Notes: generated from the sequence alone by a model not told the origin. DNA of 64,000 nucleotides from Octopus vulgaris (GCA_951406725.2 OX597818.1:141608001-141672000), one strand, 5' to 3'. Positions 11,269-26,489 are shown, numbered from the stretch's first letter. Numbers and translations: made by a program.

Positions 11269-13599
11269 CATCATAGTATATATTGGTTTTAGTTTTTGTC
11301 TATTGCTGGTAAATATTGCGGAGGTTATTAAGGAACATTTAATGTTTGAGATTCAAATAAAGGAAATTATTCAGAAATGGATTTCTGATTGATAGAATAT
11401 AAACTAAGATTCAAAATCAATACTAATAATGAGAGATCAGCAGAAAATGACAAGCTGATAAAAGAAATGTAAAGATAACTTAGATGACGGAGGGAAAAAT
11501 ACACGAGTTGATTGCTAAAAGAGAATTATAAAAACATGAAAAAGAATATTTCCTTGTCGACAACGAAAATTGTCGATCAGAAAAATTATCGAAAACTGAT
11601 AAAGAAAATAAGTACTGGACACTAAAAGATAATACTTGCCTAAAATAGGGAGTGATGAGATCAAATGTAAAAAAGTTTTAAGAGAATAACAGGCGAAGAT
11701 AATAATAGTCTTTAAAACAAAGAGCAATGATAACAGTTAACTGAAAGATAACAGTTATACGAAAAAGAGAACAATCTTATAACAACTAAAGATAATAGTT
11801 TGTCGGAGATTATTTTTTTATATTTTGGCGGGTGCTTCCTTTTAGATGAATGGCAGCAGTTGTGAGAACGAAGATGCATTAATATTTTGTTTTAAATTTT
11901 AAAAAGACTGATAATACTTGTAAGAACAAGACATAAGAGTTAAATATAGAACAATAAATCGAAGATAACAGCTATAAAAATGAGGGAGAATTCTAATAAA
12001 AGTAAAAGCGACTAAAGGAGAGAAAATAATACTAGAATCAGAAATTATGGCAAAACATAATAAGCGCTAAAGTTCAATGATAGTATATAATGAAGTCTAG
12101 AATTATAATTGATCAATGTTAGCAAATATTGAAGGATAAACGTAAACGGATTAGGAAACAGAATCATAAATTTTAATGATGGAATATAAATAACAGGATT
12201 TCTGTTTTTACTTCAATATAATATTGGTGTTGACATAAAGGATACAAAGAAATACTATGTGTTCATTGTTTTATAGATTATGTTGAAATTATCTTTTATG
12301 TCCACATATTTTGTTCCTTTGTAAATTTATTTTCTCATTCCTAATCAAGAACTAACTTTTATACAAGGTGCACCGAGCATTATGAACAAATTTTAGCGGG
12401 CCATATATGTGAGACGGCCTAACGTATTGTTACGCTTGATATTTCTCTTTCAGACATACCGACAATGCCACATGGTGGATCTGGCACAAGAAATTAAAAG
12501 GTATAGTACACTCATGCCTCTAACCACCAGGCACAGTGATTCGGAATCGCCAGCTTCTTGAACGAAACCAGGTCCTTCATATTCTGGGTATAGGTCCTTC
12601 ATATTCTGGGTCGAGGAACTTATCCGTGACTAAGAGAAGACACAGTTTCAGCTGTCGGGTGAGATCAAGATGGTTAAATTCGTCCAGCTGGTGCAAGGCA
12701 TCGTCAACGAAAACACCAATTTGTTGATGACAGCCATCGCTGAGCAGCTTAAGGTAGTGACCTCTACTATCAAATGTGACGCATGAGTACATCGAGTGCA
12801 AACCCTACATCATGAGGAGACAATTCTTGTCCTATAAGACCAGGGAGAACAGCATGATAATATGATCTCAACAACATTTGGGTTCTTGATATTTGTATTT
12901 AGCAAATCTCTTGTTCTAGAGATAAAATAATGTTGTTATGTGGGTTAGACATCTTGGACTAGACATAGGAAATCAAAATGATTGCAGTGAAGTAATTTGT
13001 TGCTTAAATTTTCTAGATACAGCTTTGGCTAGGATATTGGTGTACGACTGCCATAAAATAATGAAGAATATAATGATGACGATGATGACGATGATCATGA
13101 TCATGATCATCATCATCATCATCGTGGCGGTGGTGGTTTTGGTGCTGGTTGTGATGGGTGTACGAGTATGCTTTCAGTTCATCACGCCTTCGCTAGCTCT
13201 ATTAAAATTATTTCAAATGTGCGTGGGCGCGTCTTTACACAATTGATCACAAAAGAAACGAAGATCCGGGAGTGTTACTAGTTGTTCATACAAACAACGT
13301 TAGTCAGATGCCACATACACAGCGTTGAATGGTGTGAATAGGTCAGTTTACTATGTGTAATAGGCTGAAGATAATATAGGAAACAATAAGCAAGCACAAA
13401 AAGTAAAATGACTGAAATCGTGGCAATGATGTTGTTGCGGGTGAAAGGGGGAAAAAATAAAAAGGATGTTGTTGAACATTCTTCATCTACCATTAACATG
13501 TCCAATATCATCACCACAACCACACCACAACTATCTTTACTGCTATTAACACAGCATCATCATTATTATCAACACAACTATGGTCATTACATCCCCACA

Positions 13600-14620
13600 A
13601 CGATGGATGCACACCCACGAATTTTTTTTTTTTGTTCAAAACATTGTTACACTTGTCATTATCAAAGCATCCGACCATATCTGGTGCACAATTCTCCTGA
13701 CAAAACTGTTCAACTATGAGCTTGACCCGTCCCTAATCTCATGGATCTATAGTTTCCTGTTTGGCACTATCACGGATGTGCTGACCCACACTCTCCGAAT
13801 TCTACTGCGCCCCAAGTTTCGGGTTCCATCTCCTTAGCCTTCGAATATACATCAAAGACCAGCTTAGTCTTTCTCAACAACGCTCATTCCTACGAGGATG
13901 ACATCGTATTTCATTCCTAATCTTTCCTGCCTATGCACCATCCGCATACAATGTAGATGACTTGCACCAGATCCTTAATGATATCATGAACACAGATTTC
14001 GAAGTAGGAATCCTCGTTGTCACTGATAATTTCTTAAGCATACTGGTGGGAATCTATCGTTAACATAGCAAAGATTTTCTTCAAGCACAGTCCTAGATCC
14101 TCAAGTTAAGATAATACTTCAACTGACAGAAAACTCTAACCGTTTTCCAAGCTCGAATGAAAGTACTGCTTACCACATCTGGGACGGTGCTACTAATATG
14201 CAGCCTGGCATCTTAGATCACACACACACAAAAAAAGGCCACCGACTGATTAGCATAAAGTCGTCCACAAAATCCCTTTTACTATAGTACACAGATGTGC
14301 TGCCACCTCTCTCTGCCTGTTTTTATTGCTACTATTGTAGCCTCTAGCTGATATAGCCGTCTCTAGCAATTGTAGTAGCTACTGTAGTCTCAAAGACGTC
14401 TTTTATGTCTTCTCAGCGGAGCGGTCTCTATCCACTTGTCTCTCCTCCTCTCATCACCCGTAATGTGTTCACCGACCTCCAGATCTAATACTAATCGCGC
14501 TGCCCAATCCTACTTCCCCTGGACATCGACCATCTGGAACTCGGTTCTTGTCAATGTATTTCCTGCAGCTGCCCATTTACAACTATCGAAGAGCATAATT
14601 AACTACTTCGATGTCTGCGG
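13600..14620 (+). mobile_element. Degenerate LINE (CR1/L2/Jockey group) reverse transcriptase remnant
   Basis: KASDHIWCTILLTKLFNYELDPSLISWIYSFL resembles KAFD.VWH..LL.KL; also SYEDDI (YADD-like) and a 3' TIWNS motif. Confidence 0.65.
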
Positions 14621-15019
14621 GTCTTGGGCCGTGGTAAGAACATGAGCACATTTTCTTCTCGACTACATTAATGTGTTATTAAAACGAAAGGCCATTTTGT
14701 CCAATGTATCATTTATTTTAAAATGGTAGGGTATGATCTGGTAAGATTCGGTTGCTATTTTAAGCTGGTCAATCGATCACATAGCGGCTCCTCATAGCCT
14801 AGGCTCAACAACAAGGTATTCAAAATAATTAAAAAAATGAAAAAATGAAAAAAATATATTCCTGTTTAAACATTCGCTTTAAAAATATAATTAAATTTGT
14901 TTCCTGTTCAGTCTGTAAACGAATCTCTCTTCAAAGCAGTGTACACTCAATTCACACTAGAAGCAGTCAACTTTAAATTAAAAGCAACTATCATGTTCAT
15001 TTAATATTTAAGGGGCAAT

Positions 15020-15200
15020 AAGGCAGCGAATAGGTAGAATCGTTAACACATCGATATAAATGCTTAGCGGCATTTCGTCTCCCTTCGTGTTTTGAGTTCA
15101 AATTCCGCCGAGGTTGACTTTCTCTTTCATCATTTCATGGTCGTTAAAATAAGTACCCTTCCCCGAGACTTCTGGCCTTGTGCCAAAATTTAAAACAATA
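15020..15200 (+). mobile_element. Degenerate SINE family A-related copy
   Basis: GAGTTCAAATTCCGCCGAGGTTGACTTT.TCTTTCATC. Confidence 0.75.
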
Positions 15201-16476
15201 GTTAAGGAGTAAAGAAAGAGTGCGATGTTATTTTGTCTTGTTTTTCATTGTAAATAGACTTAAAGAGATATTTGAGATCGCAACAATGCATCAATAAAGT
15301 TAACTTTTTTAGGTACAGAAAAGAGGAAAATATGCGGTGATATATACGAATTTGCAGAGTCTTTAGAATGTCATGTAGAATACCTGAGTTCAAATTCCAC
15401 TGTAGCCAACTATGCTATTTACTCCCTTCGGTATCTACAATGTGCAATACAACTCGATACGTCTCTCATCATCTCTGTCTGTCTCTCTCTCTCTCTCTCT
15501 CTTTTTTTTTTTCTCTCATAATTACGTACGCTACATTGTGCGAAGGTGGTAGATGAATACTCACAGTGTCTGCAGTATCAGAAAGGAGCAGAGATCCCAA
15601 GTGACAAAACTAATATCTTCCAGACATCTCAGAAGACCCGTCCACATACCAAGGATTGATGTCTCGCTATTTTGTTTTAAGGTTAAAGAAAGTCTAAAAT
15701 ATGAAATGGTACATCCTTCCTAGCAGACTCTTTTATTAGTGTTATTGTTTTTGTTGTTGCTATTTAGCTCCAGGTGGGCCTCTGGTTGAGTATCCCTATA
15801 ATCAAAAGAAATTTCAGTCATCTTATTTTAATTCTAGTTTGCTTTCTTTACAGATATAGCGGTTCAATAAACGGTTGGTAAAAGTAAAAGTCTCATTCAA
15901 AACGACAGTTAGAATAAATTGAAGTCTCATTTCAGTATGGGGCCTCCCAATCAGTAAATGCTGTGTTGCTATTCTTCAACTTGCGTTGGATAGAGAGTTA
16001 CTGAAGTAGTTTCAGAATATGCGATGAAAGAACTTCAACAATGAAACTAAAATTATAGTCATAAAACTAAAGACCAAATATATAGTGCAAATGTTTAACT
16101 GGCAAATTATGATCACCCCCAAATATAACGATATTTACAAAGTTATTTTAAAACATCCTTCCTTATTTTGTTTTAAAGATGGTGGTGATTCGAGGAAGAT
16201 TTGTGCTACTATTCTTCTCAAGTGGAGCGATCAAGAATAGAACACCATTGTTTGCAAAGTACTAGGGGTGGGGAGTTGATGGTGTAATTAACGTTGCAGC
16301 TTAATTTACGCTCGAAAACAACCTAAGGAAAGCACAACTTAACTATTTACCATTCGACAACTGTTGATGACTGATGTGATGTGAAATGTGATGACGACAA
16401 CCAGAAAGGGTTCTGCACAGATAATTAAAGCCTTGGAGAATCATAGAAACATAATGATTTGAAGTACGCGCGCGCA

Positions 16477-16539
<63 letters not shown>

Positions 16540-17244
16540 GCGAGAAGGTTGGAGAGAGAGAGGGAGGGAAAGCATGTACCTGAGTTTGAATCCTTGATAA
16601 AATAATGACTGGCGGTCTTACAAGGTGAAGGAAGTAAATTAAAGTTGTGAGAGAATAGCAACGAAAGAGGGGGAAAGCGGGGAGAGGAAGGAGGGGAGAG
16701 GAAAGGCGAAGAAGAGATAAAGAAAGGGATGAAATGAAAACGGCGAAGAAGAGGAGGAGGAAATGAGAAGGAGCAGGAGAAAAGGTGAGAGGAGGTTGAG
16801 ATGAGAAGAAGGAAGGGATGAAGAGGAAAAGTGGATTAGTAGGAGGAGCTGTATGACGCTGATAGTGATGGTAATGGTAGTGATGGTGATGGTGATGGTG
16901 TTGAAACAGCATTTAAACTCAATTGGCATAGGACATTTGTGGAAATGGAGAGGTAGTGTTGGAAGATGGTGGGGAGCAAGAGAGTGGGTGAGAAATGAGA
17001 AGGAAGATGGGACGGAGAGAGAAAGCTTTGGTTTTGGTACGAAACAGGTGAATTTGAGTGAGAAAGTGGGGTGAGAGGGAGGAAAAGGGGGAGAGTAAAG
17101 GAAAGATAAACGAAGGAAGAGTAGAAGTACATAAATTAGTAAAAAAAATACAAAAGAAATTCATAACAAACTCATGTATGTGTGCTTGTATACGTTTGTA
17201 TATATAAGTTTGTGTGTGTATATATATATATGTGTGTGTGTGTG

Positions 17245-17274
<30 letters not shown>

Positions 17275-17275
<1 letters not shown>

Positions 17276-17471
17276 TTTATTTGTGTATTAAGGCTACCAT
17301 TGGCTTCATGCTAAGAAAATATTTTAATTTTTCAAATCGATCACATGAAGGAATTGGTGTTCGTAATCGAAAACGGAGACGAACATCGATTTCTCCATGT
17401 GATCGCATTGAAAGATTGTTGAGATGTTTTTTTTAATATGAAAAAACAGTAGCCTTAATACATAAATAAAG
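17275..17471. mobile_element. ~200-bp MITE
   Basis: 23-bp terminal inverted repeats CTTTATTTGTGTATTAAGGCTAC / GTAGCCTTAATACATAAATAAAG (1 mismatch). Confidence 0.65.
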
Positions 17472-17639
17472 AACCTTTATCAACCAATGCGGTGTTGAAC
17501 ACTCATTCTTATTGTTCCATACACACATACCTACATACATACATGCATACATGCATACATACCTACATACATACATGCATACATACATGCATACGTACAT
17601 ACATACATACATACATACATACATACATACATACATACA

Positions 17640-17671
<32 letters not shown>

Positions 17672-18115
17672 AGAGAGAGAAGAATAATTCCTGTTCACGG
17701 CGAAGGTGGGAGTCCGGATGGCTCCTGTGCAAGGACATCCGAACACAAGGAGATGTTGTGGTGAATGACCAGTAGAGAGGAAATGACGTTGTTCATATAT
17801 ATATATATATATATAGGAAAAAAGCAACAAGAATGGATAACACCATATAGATTTCCGGTGCATCCTAGTTAAGGACCATATTCATGTGAATTCTTTAGAA
17901 TTCACTAGAATCTCAATTACTTAACCGTATATATATATATATATATATATATATACGTATGCATATACAGGGTAAGAGGGAGAGAGTGAAAACAAAAGAA
18001 TGAGGATTTATTTATCATTTATCAGCTACGTACGTTTGTTGTTCCTTTTTGTATCACCTAGTTGTCTGGATGTTTTGCGTTATTGTCCCATTTTGTATTA
18101 TATATATATATATAT

Positions 18116-18529
18116 TTCTTTACTACCCACAAGGGGCTAAACATAGAGGGGACAAACAAGGACAGACATAGGTATTAAGTCGATTACATCGACCCCAGTG
18201 CGTAACTGGTACTTTATTTATCGACCCCGAAAGGATGAAAGGCAAAGTCGACCTCGGCGGAATTTGAACTCTGAACGTAGCGGCAGACGAAATACCTATT
18301 TCTTTACTACCCACAAGGGGCTAAACACAGAGAGGACAAACAAGGACAGACATAGGTATTAAGTAGATTACATCGACCCCAGTGCGTAACTGGTACTTTA
18401 TTTAATCGACCCCGAAAGGATGAAAGGCAAAGTCGACCTCGGCGGAATTTGAACTCAGAACGTAGCGACAGACGAAATACCGCTAAGCATTTCACCCAAC
18501 GTGCTAATGATTCTTCCAGCTCGCCGCCT
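18116..18529 (-). mobile_element. SINE family A, tandem dimer
   Basis: A full copy followed by a 184-bp headless copy; junction ...AAAGAAATAG|GTATTTCGTCTG. Confidence 0.9.
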
Positions 18530-18557
18530 TTATATATATATATATATATATATTTGC

Positions 18558-18600
<43 letters not shown>

Positions 18601-18908
18601 TATATCTTTTACTTGCTTTAGTAATTGAACAGTGGGCGTGCATGACACCATCTTGAAGAGTTTTAACTGGACTAAACAAACCTTGTTTCATGCATATCTC
18701 ATGTTATCAGTCTGAACGTTTTGTAAAAACTGCTCTTTGTGTGATCTGTAATACTTTCATCTGAACATTATCTTTTCTCAAGTTAGCCAGTTCACAATTT
18801 CAAGACAGGGTTCCACATATATATTCATTATTACTTGAGTTGTGTTTATCACAGAGGCATGTGTATGAGAGAGAGAGAGAGAGAGTATGTGTGTAAGTAT
18901 GTATGGAT

Positions 18909-19070
18909 GCGCAAGAGTGGCTATGTGGTAAGTAGCTTGCTTACCAACCACATAGTTCCGGGTTCAGTCCCACTGCGTGGCACCTTGGGCAAGGGTCTTC
19001 TGCTATAGCCACGAGCCGACCAAAGCCTTGTGAATAGGCTTGATAGACGGAAACTGAAAGAAGCTCGTCG

Positions 19071-19153
<83 letters not shown>

Positions 19154-19370
19154 ATGTGTGTATTTGTGTGTGTGTTTGTCCCAACATCGCTTGACAACCT
19201 ATGCTGGTGCGTTTACGTCCCCGTGACTTAGCGGTTCGGCAAAGAAACCGATAGGATAAGTGCTAGGCTTACAAATAATAAGTCTGGTGTAGATTTTCTC
19301 GACTAAAGGCGTTGCTCCAGCATGGCCACAGTCAAATGAATGAAACAAGTAAAAGGGTAAAGAGTAAAGA
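18909..19370 (+). mobile_element. tRNA-derived CORE-like SINE, family B, with internal (TA)n(TG)n
   Basis: GTGGCTATGTGGTAAGTAGC...GGTTCAGTCCC...CACCTTGGGCAAG...microsatellite...CCAGCATGGCCACAGTCAAATGA...(GTAAAAGA)n-like tail. Confidence 0.9.
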
Positions 19371-20052
19371 GTATATACAGGCATACATAAATGAGTATGT
19401 GTATATACTTATATGCATCTACACATACATTTGTAGTTCGCATATGTTCATTCTTTGCTAATATGTTGGCCCACGTGCATACATCGTTAGAGCATGTGGG
19501 TATGCAAAGAATTATTATTACTATATGATACGTGTGTGGGTGTGTATGAATATATATATATGTATGTATGCATGTATGCGTGTGTGTGTCTGTGCGTGTG
19601 TGTTGATACTGATATATTTATTAAACGTACATAGTTATACATATATATATCCTATACTGAATGGCGCTTGGACGATGAATCAAGGCCTATACATTACAGT
19701 AAACATAGATATGCATGTTTATCGTAATGCAAGAATTTCCATTTATTTTTCATATTCCATTTTCTTAAAAAAAAAAAATCTACTATTTTTATTCATTTAT
19801 ATCTGCTTCAAAATTGAATTCTTTCTACATTTTTCTTCTTTTTTTGAGCCCTTTGCTAAGCGCAATGAAATATTTTCCACTTATCAATCAAATATTCATT
19901 CCTATCACAAGCATCATTGAGGAAGTTTTATTTCATTTTATTTTAGAGTTTTATATTGTCTTTTTTTATTTTATTGTATATTGTTTATGTTTATCGAAAA
20001 AAATTTTCTGCTATTAAATCACACTCGATTGCTAGCGGCGGCTGAGTAATAG

Positions 20053-20117
<65 letters not shown>

Positions 20118-21440
20118 GTAATTTGTATAATTATATTATTCTGTATCATTATAATATTTTTAATATCTGATAATTATATATATGTATTTATATATATATA
20201 TATAAATATTTTATATATATATATATATATATAAGCATACGTATATATATGTATGTATGTAAGCACACACTCACTCACACAGGGAATATTCCGGTCTAGT
20301 AATTGTATTAGTCCACAATTATGAAAAAACTTGATGTTGAATACAAATTATTTTGTAAATGTTTTTTTTTTCTTTTTAAACACACAACATGGCCAAAATT
20401 TGTTTCCGCAAACATGACGTTTCTGAAATAGCTAAGAGAACGTTTTCTTCGCTGAAACAAGAGGGACAGAGAGAAATGTATGAAATATAGTCTTCATCCT
20501 AAACAACTTGGAAGTTGGAATTTGTAATGAGGTTTCGAATCCTGGTTTCGTCTATTCCATTTCATTTTACTTACATTACTGATGTTCCCATGAATGACAT
20601 GATTTCATATCTTCCACATAGTCTTGTTCATATTCATTTATTTTTATTGCTTTCGCCCGAATGTTTGCGGGAATGAATCAGTGCCTTCGGATGAAAGAAT
20701 ATATGAAGAAATGAAAGCAAACAGAACTAAATGAATAAGTCCAAATCAAATAATTGAATGACTGAATAAATGATTGAGTAAATAAGTGAATTATCGAATG
20801 AAAGTCGATGAGTGAATGAAGAGTAAACGAATGACTGATTGAGCGAATGTTTGTGTGACTGAGAGATTGATGATGTGAATGAAAGGGTTTCATTTATTGT
20901 GACTGAATGAAATCCTGATTGACTAAGTGAATGAATTAATGAGTGAATGACTGGATGAGTGAAAGATTAAATGAGTGTATTAATTAATCAGTCAATTAAT
21001 TGACGTGTGAATGAGTGAATGAATGATTGGCTGAATAAATGATTGAATGTAAGAATTACAAATGATTTCTTGAACAATTCGGTGAATTAATATACTGATA
21101 TTCGAAAGAAAATATTCGCTGCATTAATATAGTAACTTATTAATTTATAGCAATATTGATAAAATATATAATACCAAAAGAAAAATATATAAATTATATT
21201 GTATAAAAATTATCAGGGAAAACAACTGGACCAATAACTGTAAGAAAGAAGAAATTGAATGAATGAAGAAAAGAATAGAAAACAATGAATGCAAGACAGA
21301 AAAGAAAAAGAATTAATGGATAAAAGTAGGAATGAAGAAAAAGGAAAAAGCCAAACAAGACGGAAGAATGCATAGGTAAGGAAAGGGAAAGAAAAGCAGA
21401 AGTATTCAAAGTAGGAAATGAAAAAGAGAAAGAAAGAAAG

Positions 21441-21518
<78 letters not shown>

Positions 21519-22390
21519 AGTGAAAGAAAGAGATTAGGAAAAAGATAAAGAATGAATCTTTAAACGAAAGAATGTAGGAAAAAAAGAGAAACAGATAGGA
21601 AAGCACGAAAGTAAAGAAAGAAAGAGGGAAAGAAAGAAAGAAAGAATGAATGAATGAATGAATGAAAAGAATGAAACCAGGAAATAAGAGAAGGAGCAAA
21701 TAAGAAAATTTTGAAAAATAAATGCAATCAAGATGAAAAAAAATTAAAAGTGTAAATAAAATAACGAATTAATGAAGGTAAGGAAAGAGAAAAATGAAGG
21801 AATGAATAACTAAATAAGTAAATGAAAAAATGAAAGAAGCAATGAAGGAGAAAAGGGACGAATAACAGAGAGAAAGACAGAGAGGACGACAGAGAAGAAG
21901 ACAGAGAGAAGGGGTGGGAGAAAAGAGAATCTATATCACCATGGGAACAAAGCTGACACTAACGGTGTTTGCTGCATCATGTCATTTGAATAATTGATTC
22001 TGGCCTCGTACATAATAACGTATCTTATACTGAGATTGTAGTGTGCTGAGGTGGGTGAGGTGGGGGAATTGTGAAGTAAATAGAGGGGGAGTGTTGGGGG
22101 GTAAAGAGTGTGAGGGGTCAGGAAAGGAGGCGGGGAGACTGTGATAGGGAGAAGGAGAGCAAGGAGCAAATAAATACTAACAGAGATGGTAATGGTTGAA
22201 AAATGAAAAAAAAAGAAAAAAAAGAAACAGACATTCTGACACATGAAAACAGAGAGTTGCGCATGTGCGCACGATCACACACATAAGCACACACACACGC
22301 ATATATACATGTATATGTATGTGAGCATGTGCAGGTGTATGCACGTGTAGGTATGTGTGTGTGATATATACATGTGTATGTATATATATG

Positions 22391-22423
<33 letters not shown>

Positions 22424-22566
22424 GCACACATATATATATATATATACACATACATTCGTAGATACATATATGTATACATACATATACATGTATGTCTTTG
22501 TATGTATATATATTACACACACACATATATCTGAATATGGAGATATATATATATATATATATATAT

Positions 22567-22648
<82 letters not shown>

Positions 22649-22709
22649 GTTTCTTTTTATATATGCTTGTACATACATATTTATTTTATATATACGCTAA
22701 TCTATATAG

Positions 22710-23102
22710 GTGCAGGCGTTGCTATGTGGTAAGAAATTTGCTTCGCAACCACATGGTTCAATATTGTTCCACTACGTCACACTTTGAGCAGGCGTATTCA
22801 ACTCTAGCCTCCGGCCGACCAAAGCCTTCTGTGTAGAGTTTGTAGACAGAAACAGAAAGAAGCCCATAGTATATATCAATATATGTATATCTATGTGTGT
22901 GTGTCCTCCACCATTACTTAACGACCAGTGTTGGTTTGTTTATGTCCATGTAAGTTAGCGGTTCGGCAAAAGTGACCGGTTGAGTAGGTACCAGACTTTA
23001 AAAGCAATTAGTACTGGGGTTGTTTCATTCGAGTATAATTTTTCAAGGTGCCGCCCCATCATGGCCGCATTCTAATGACTGAATCAGGTAAAAGATAAAA
23101 GA
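22710..23102 (+). mobile_element. SINE family B, diverged
   Basis: Colinear match to 27486-27925. Confidence 0.85.
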
Positions 23103-23526
23103 TATATAATTTGGTATTTCGTTTAAAGTTCTTAGAATATCTGCTTAGCCACCCGAATCCATGAACCACTACCTCCAATTCCATATATCAATGAAAGCTA
23201 AACTTTCTGCGGTGATAGATATGAAGGTTTGCACTCTTCCGCGTAAAAATAGTAGTCAGCTATTGTTATATTCTAACTCCTAAACTCTTTAATATCTCTG
23301 TCAAGTTTGTGACTTCATCGTTACACAAAGGGTTGTACAGTGGGGCAGGTATTACTATGAATTTATGATTTGACGATGACCCCTTTATAACCCCAAACTT
23401 TAAACTAAACTGGCAGCATCTATGCTTCTTATTGGCATGCTAGAAATTGGAAGCAAACCTCCTCCAGATCATTCCACTAATGTGTGAAAGAGGGATGTCA
23501 TAATGTTTGATATAGTACAAGATATA

Positions 23527-23788
23527 AAAATAATAATAAATGTGCCCTTTTAAAGCCTAGCCAGGCTCATGAGCTCAGTTTCCCGGTTTCTATGGCGTGT
23601 GTGTTCACCAACTGGACCGGACGCCAGTCCATCGCAGCGTTACTCATTTTTGCCCGCTGAATGGACTGAAGTAACGTGTAATGAAGTGTTTAGCTCAAGA
23701 ACACAACACGTCGCCCGGTCCAGGAATCGAAACCACAATCTTATGATCGTGGTGCTGACACCTTAACCACTAAGCCACGCGCCTCCAC
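23527..23788 (-). mobile_element. tRNA-derived SINE, family C
   Basis: Head GGAGGCGCGTGGCTTAGTGGTTAAGG..., B-box GGTTTCGATTCC; perfect 13-bp TSD AGTACAAGATATA at 23514-23526 and 23789-23801. Confidence 0.88.
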
Positions 23789-24841
23789 AGTACAAGATAT
23801 AGTCTATCAAAATATTGATAAAATATCACATAGTCGGGAGCACAACGCTTTTAATCATACGTACACTCTATCAGAGACGATGAAGGATGAAACACCACCG
23901 GCGACAACAACACAAACGTTATAAAGTTGCTGGCCATCACCAAGCTGAGATTTTAAGGGATATTGATATGCAGTATTTTGATAACTTTCACTGTTAGTAC
24001 ACATTCCAGAAACCCTAGATATCATTATCTGCGCTTTTGTTATAACATTTACAAGAATGGACTTGATAATTAACATCCAGGTAACTGAGTTAAATGACGC
24101 ATTTAAAAACTACCTCTGCCGACATTGTCGATACAGAAGCAACAACCAATTAGCTATATAGTGTCCAGATTCAGTTACTCAGGCGGCAGCATCGCCACCG
24201 AAGTCACATTGGACGAGATACTTCAAACCTGACTTATGGCAGGTCTCTCTAAACCTCTATTTCTACTTCCATATAAAGGTTTTCGCTTACAGTGCAGTTA
24301 GGACTTCTATTTTCTTAAATAGGATCAAAACATAGGACTACATACAGCCACCACATCAAGGTGCGGGGACTCTAAACATCCAGTGCTTCCAAAAGACTTT
24401 CAGGTGCCTAAATAGATCGTCTGTTGAAACAAAACCAGCAACATTAGATCCACACTGCACAAATCAAAACAAAGACAAATCGGATATTTATTAAATTGAT
24501 GTCATAACAGATATTTCCTTCAATTTCTTCAGATTATAACGGTATTTTAATTTGAATTTAACCAGTTAATGGAAGCCCTGTATAAAAGATCTGATATCTG
24601 AGCTTGGCGAGGATCTGCAACTATATATCATTTCTGTTCTGGTTGGTGTTGTTGAACCCTTGATCGTCTCAAACGGAGTGGACATATGACTAAAGGCGTT
24701 GCACTCCTGAACATGATATATTTTTAGGTAGACTATACCAAGGACTATATCAAACAAAGTGACGTTCTCTGATTAAGTATTTTGATGAATAATTTACAAT
24801 TTAATCTTGAAATAAATGGACAACAAATGAATTATACACAG

Positions 24842-24990
24842 GACTTAGCGGTTCGGCAAAAGAGACCGATAAAATAAGTACTGGGCTTACAAAAGAATAA
24901 GTCCCGGGGTCGAGTTGCTCGATTAAAGGCGGTGCTCCAGCATGGGCGCAGTCAAATGACTGAAACAAGTAAAAGAGAAAGAGAGAAAGA
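24842..24990 (+). mobile_element. SINE family B, 3' half
   Basis: GACTTAGCGGTTCGGCAAAAGAGACCGATAAAATAAGTAC...CAGTCAAATGACTGAAACAAGTAAAAGAG. Confidence 0.85.
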
Positions 24991-25115
24991 GGACGTTCAT
25001 TGCATGCATATCATTTTAGAGTTAATTGCCATATTGCAAGAAAGAGCAGAGTGAAATATCTAATTCGGCAATTTAGGCAATAAGTCTACAAACATTGTTT
25101 CACCGTAAGAAGATA

Positions 25116-26011
25116 AAGTAATACTTCACTTTACAAGGACCCGCTTTACGAGACTCCGGGTTTATGAGTTTTTGGAAGTTTTTTTTTCAAGTACATAATC
25201 CAAATTTTGAATGAAGTGCAAAAGTTTCTATCATAAATGCTTCTGTGTGTTAGCGAGAAATTTATAGAGATCGAACAACTCTAGACTTGTTTTTAAAAAA
25301 GAAATCAGTGCATGTGAATCGGCGATCGAGTCTGCGAGTGATGGCGTGCGCGAGTCTAATGCGAGTGGAAGGGATTCAGAAAACGATTATATCTATTTTT
25401 TATTATAAACGATATACTCATTACTCTTTTACTCTTTTACTTGTTTCAGTCATTTGACTGCGGCCATGCTGGAGCACCACCTTCAGTCGAGCAAATCGAC
25501 CCCGGGACTTATTCTTTGTAAGCCCAGTACTTATTCTATCGGTCTCTTTTGCCGAACCGCTAAGTGACGGGGACGCAAACACACCAGCATCGGTTGTCAA
25601 GCAATGCTAGGGGGACAAACACAGACACACAAACACACACACGCATATACATATATACGACAGGCTTCTTTCAGTTTCCGTCTATCAAATCCACTCACAA
25701 GGCATTGGTCGGCCCGGGGCTGTAGCAGAAGACACTTGCCCAAGATGCCACGCAGTGGGACTGAACCCGGAACCATGTGGTTGGTTAGCAAGCTACTTAC
25801 CACACAGCCATTCTTATTACTTTAGATAAAATATCCTTTGCATTCTACTGCTGTTTCATTGCCATTTATTTACAAGTATTTTAAATTTTATAGTTAAAAT
25901 ATAATTCTGGCAACGAATTACGATTTATAATATTGATACTAGTGGAAATTATTGTTCTTCTTTACGAGCGGTCTCCGGGAACAAATTAATTCGTATGTCG
26001 AAGCATTACCG
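25116..26011. mobile_element. pogo/Tigger-like non-autonomous DNA transposon (contains a SINE B insertion)
   Basis: Degenerate TIRs (AAGTAATACTTCACTTTAC / CGTATGTCGAAGCATTACCG) flanked by TA; a second partial copy lies at 51030-51357. Confidence 0.6.
25420..25812 (-). mobile_element. SINE family B
   Basis: Near full-length reverse match to 27486-27925. Confidence 0.9.
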
Positions 26012-26489
26012 TAATTGAAATCTTAATAAAAATACTAACTTCATATATTGATAACTCAGAAAACACAAGGGTGGGGTGGGGGAATATTAAAACATACTGC
26101 TTACGAAAAATTACAAGTTTCAGAAGAGAAATATACACAAATAAATTTTAATGAGAAGCAAAACAAAACAAATTGTAAATAATCATAAAATCTCATTACA
26201 AATAAATCATAAACAAAACGAAAAAAATAGTAACCATAGGTAATAAACAATAGAAAAAAACTTCAGAAAAACGACAGACATACAATACGAAAATTGCTTA
26301 AAAATAGACTCAGCTAGACATTTTTCTTCAGTCAGTTACAAAGCACTAGCGGCACAAGCAAAAGATATTTTATTTTCATTTGGAGTGTTCATGTGTTGAC
26401 AAAACTTAGTTACCTTTAAAGATCTTAGTCAGTAAATGACACAAAACATAGATGGAACAATATCATTTAAACAAATAACACATTTAATA

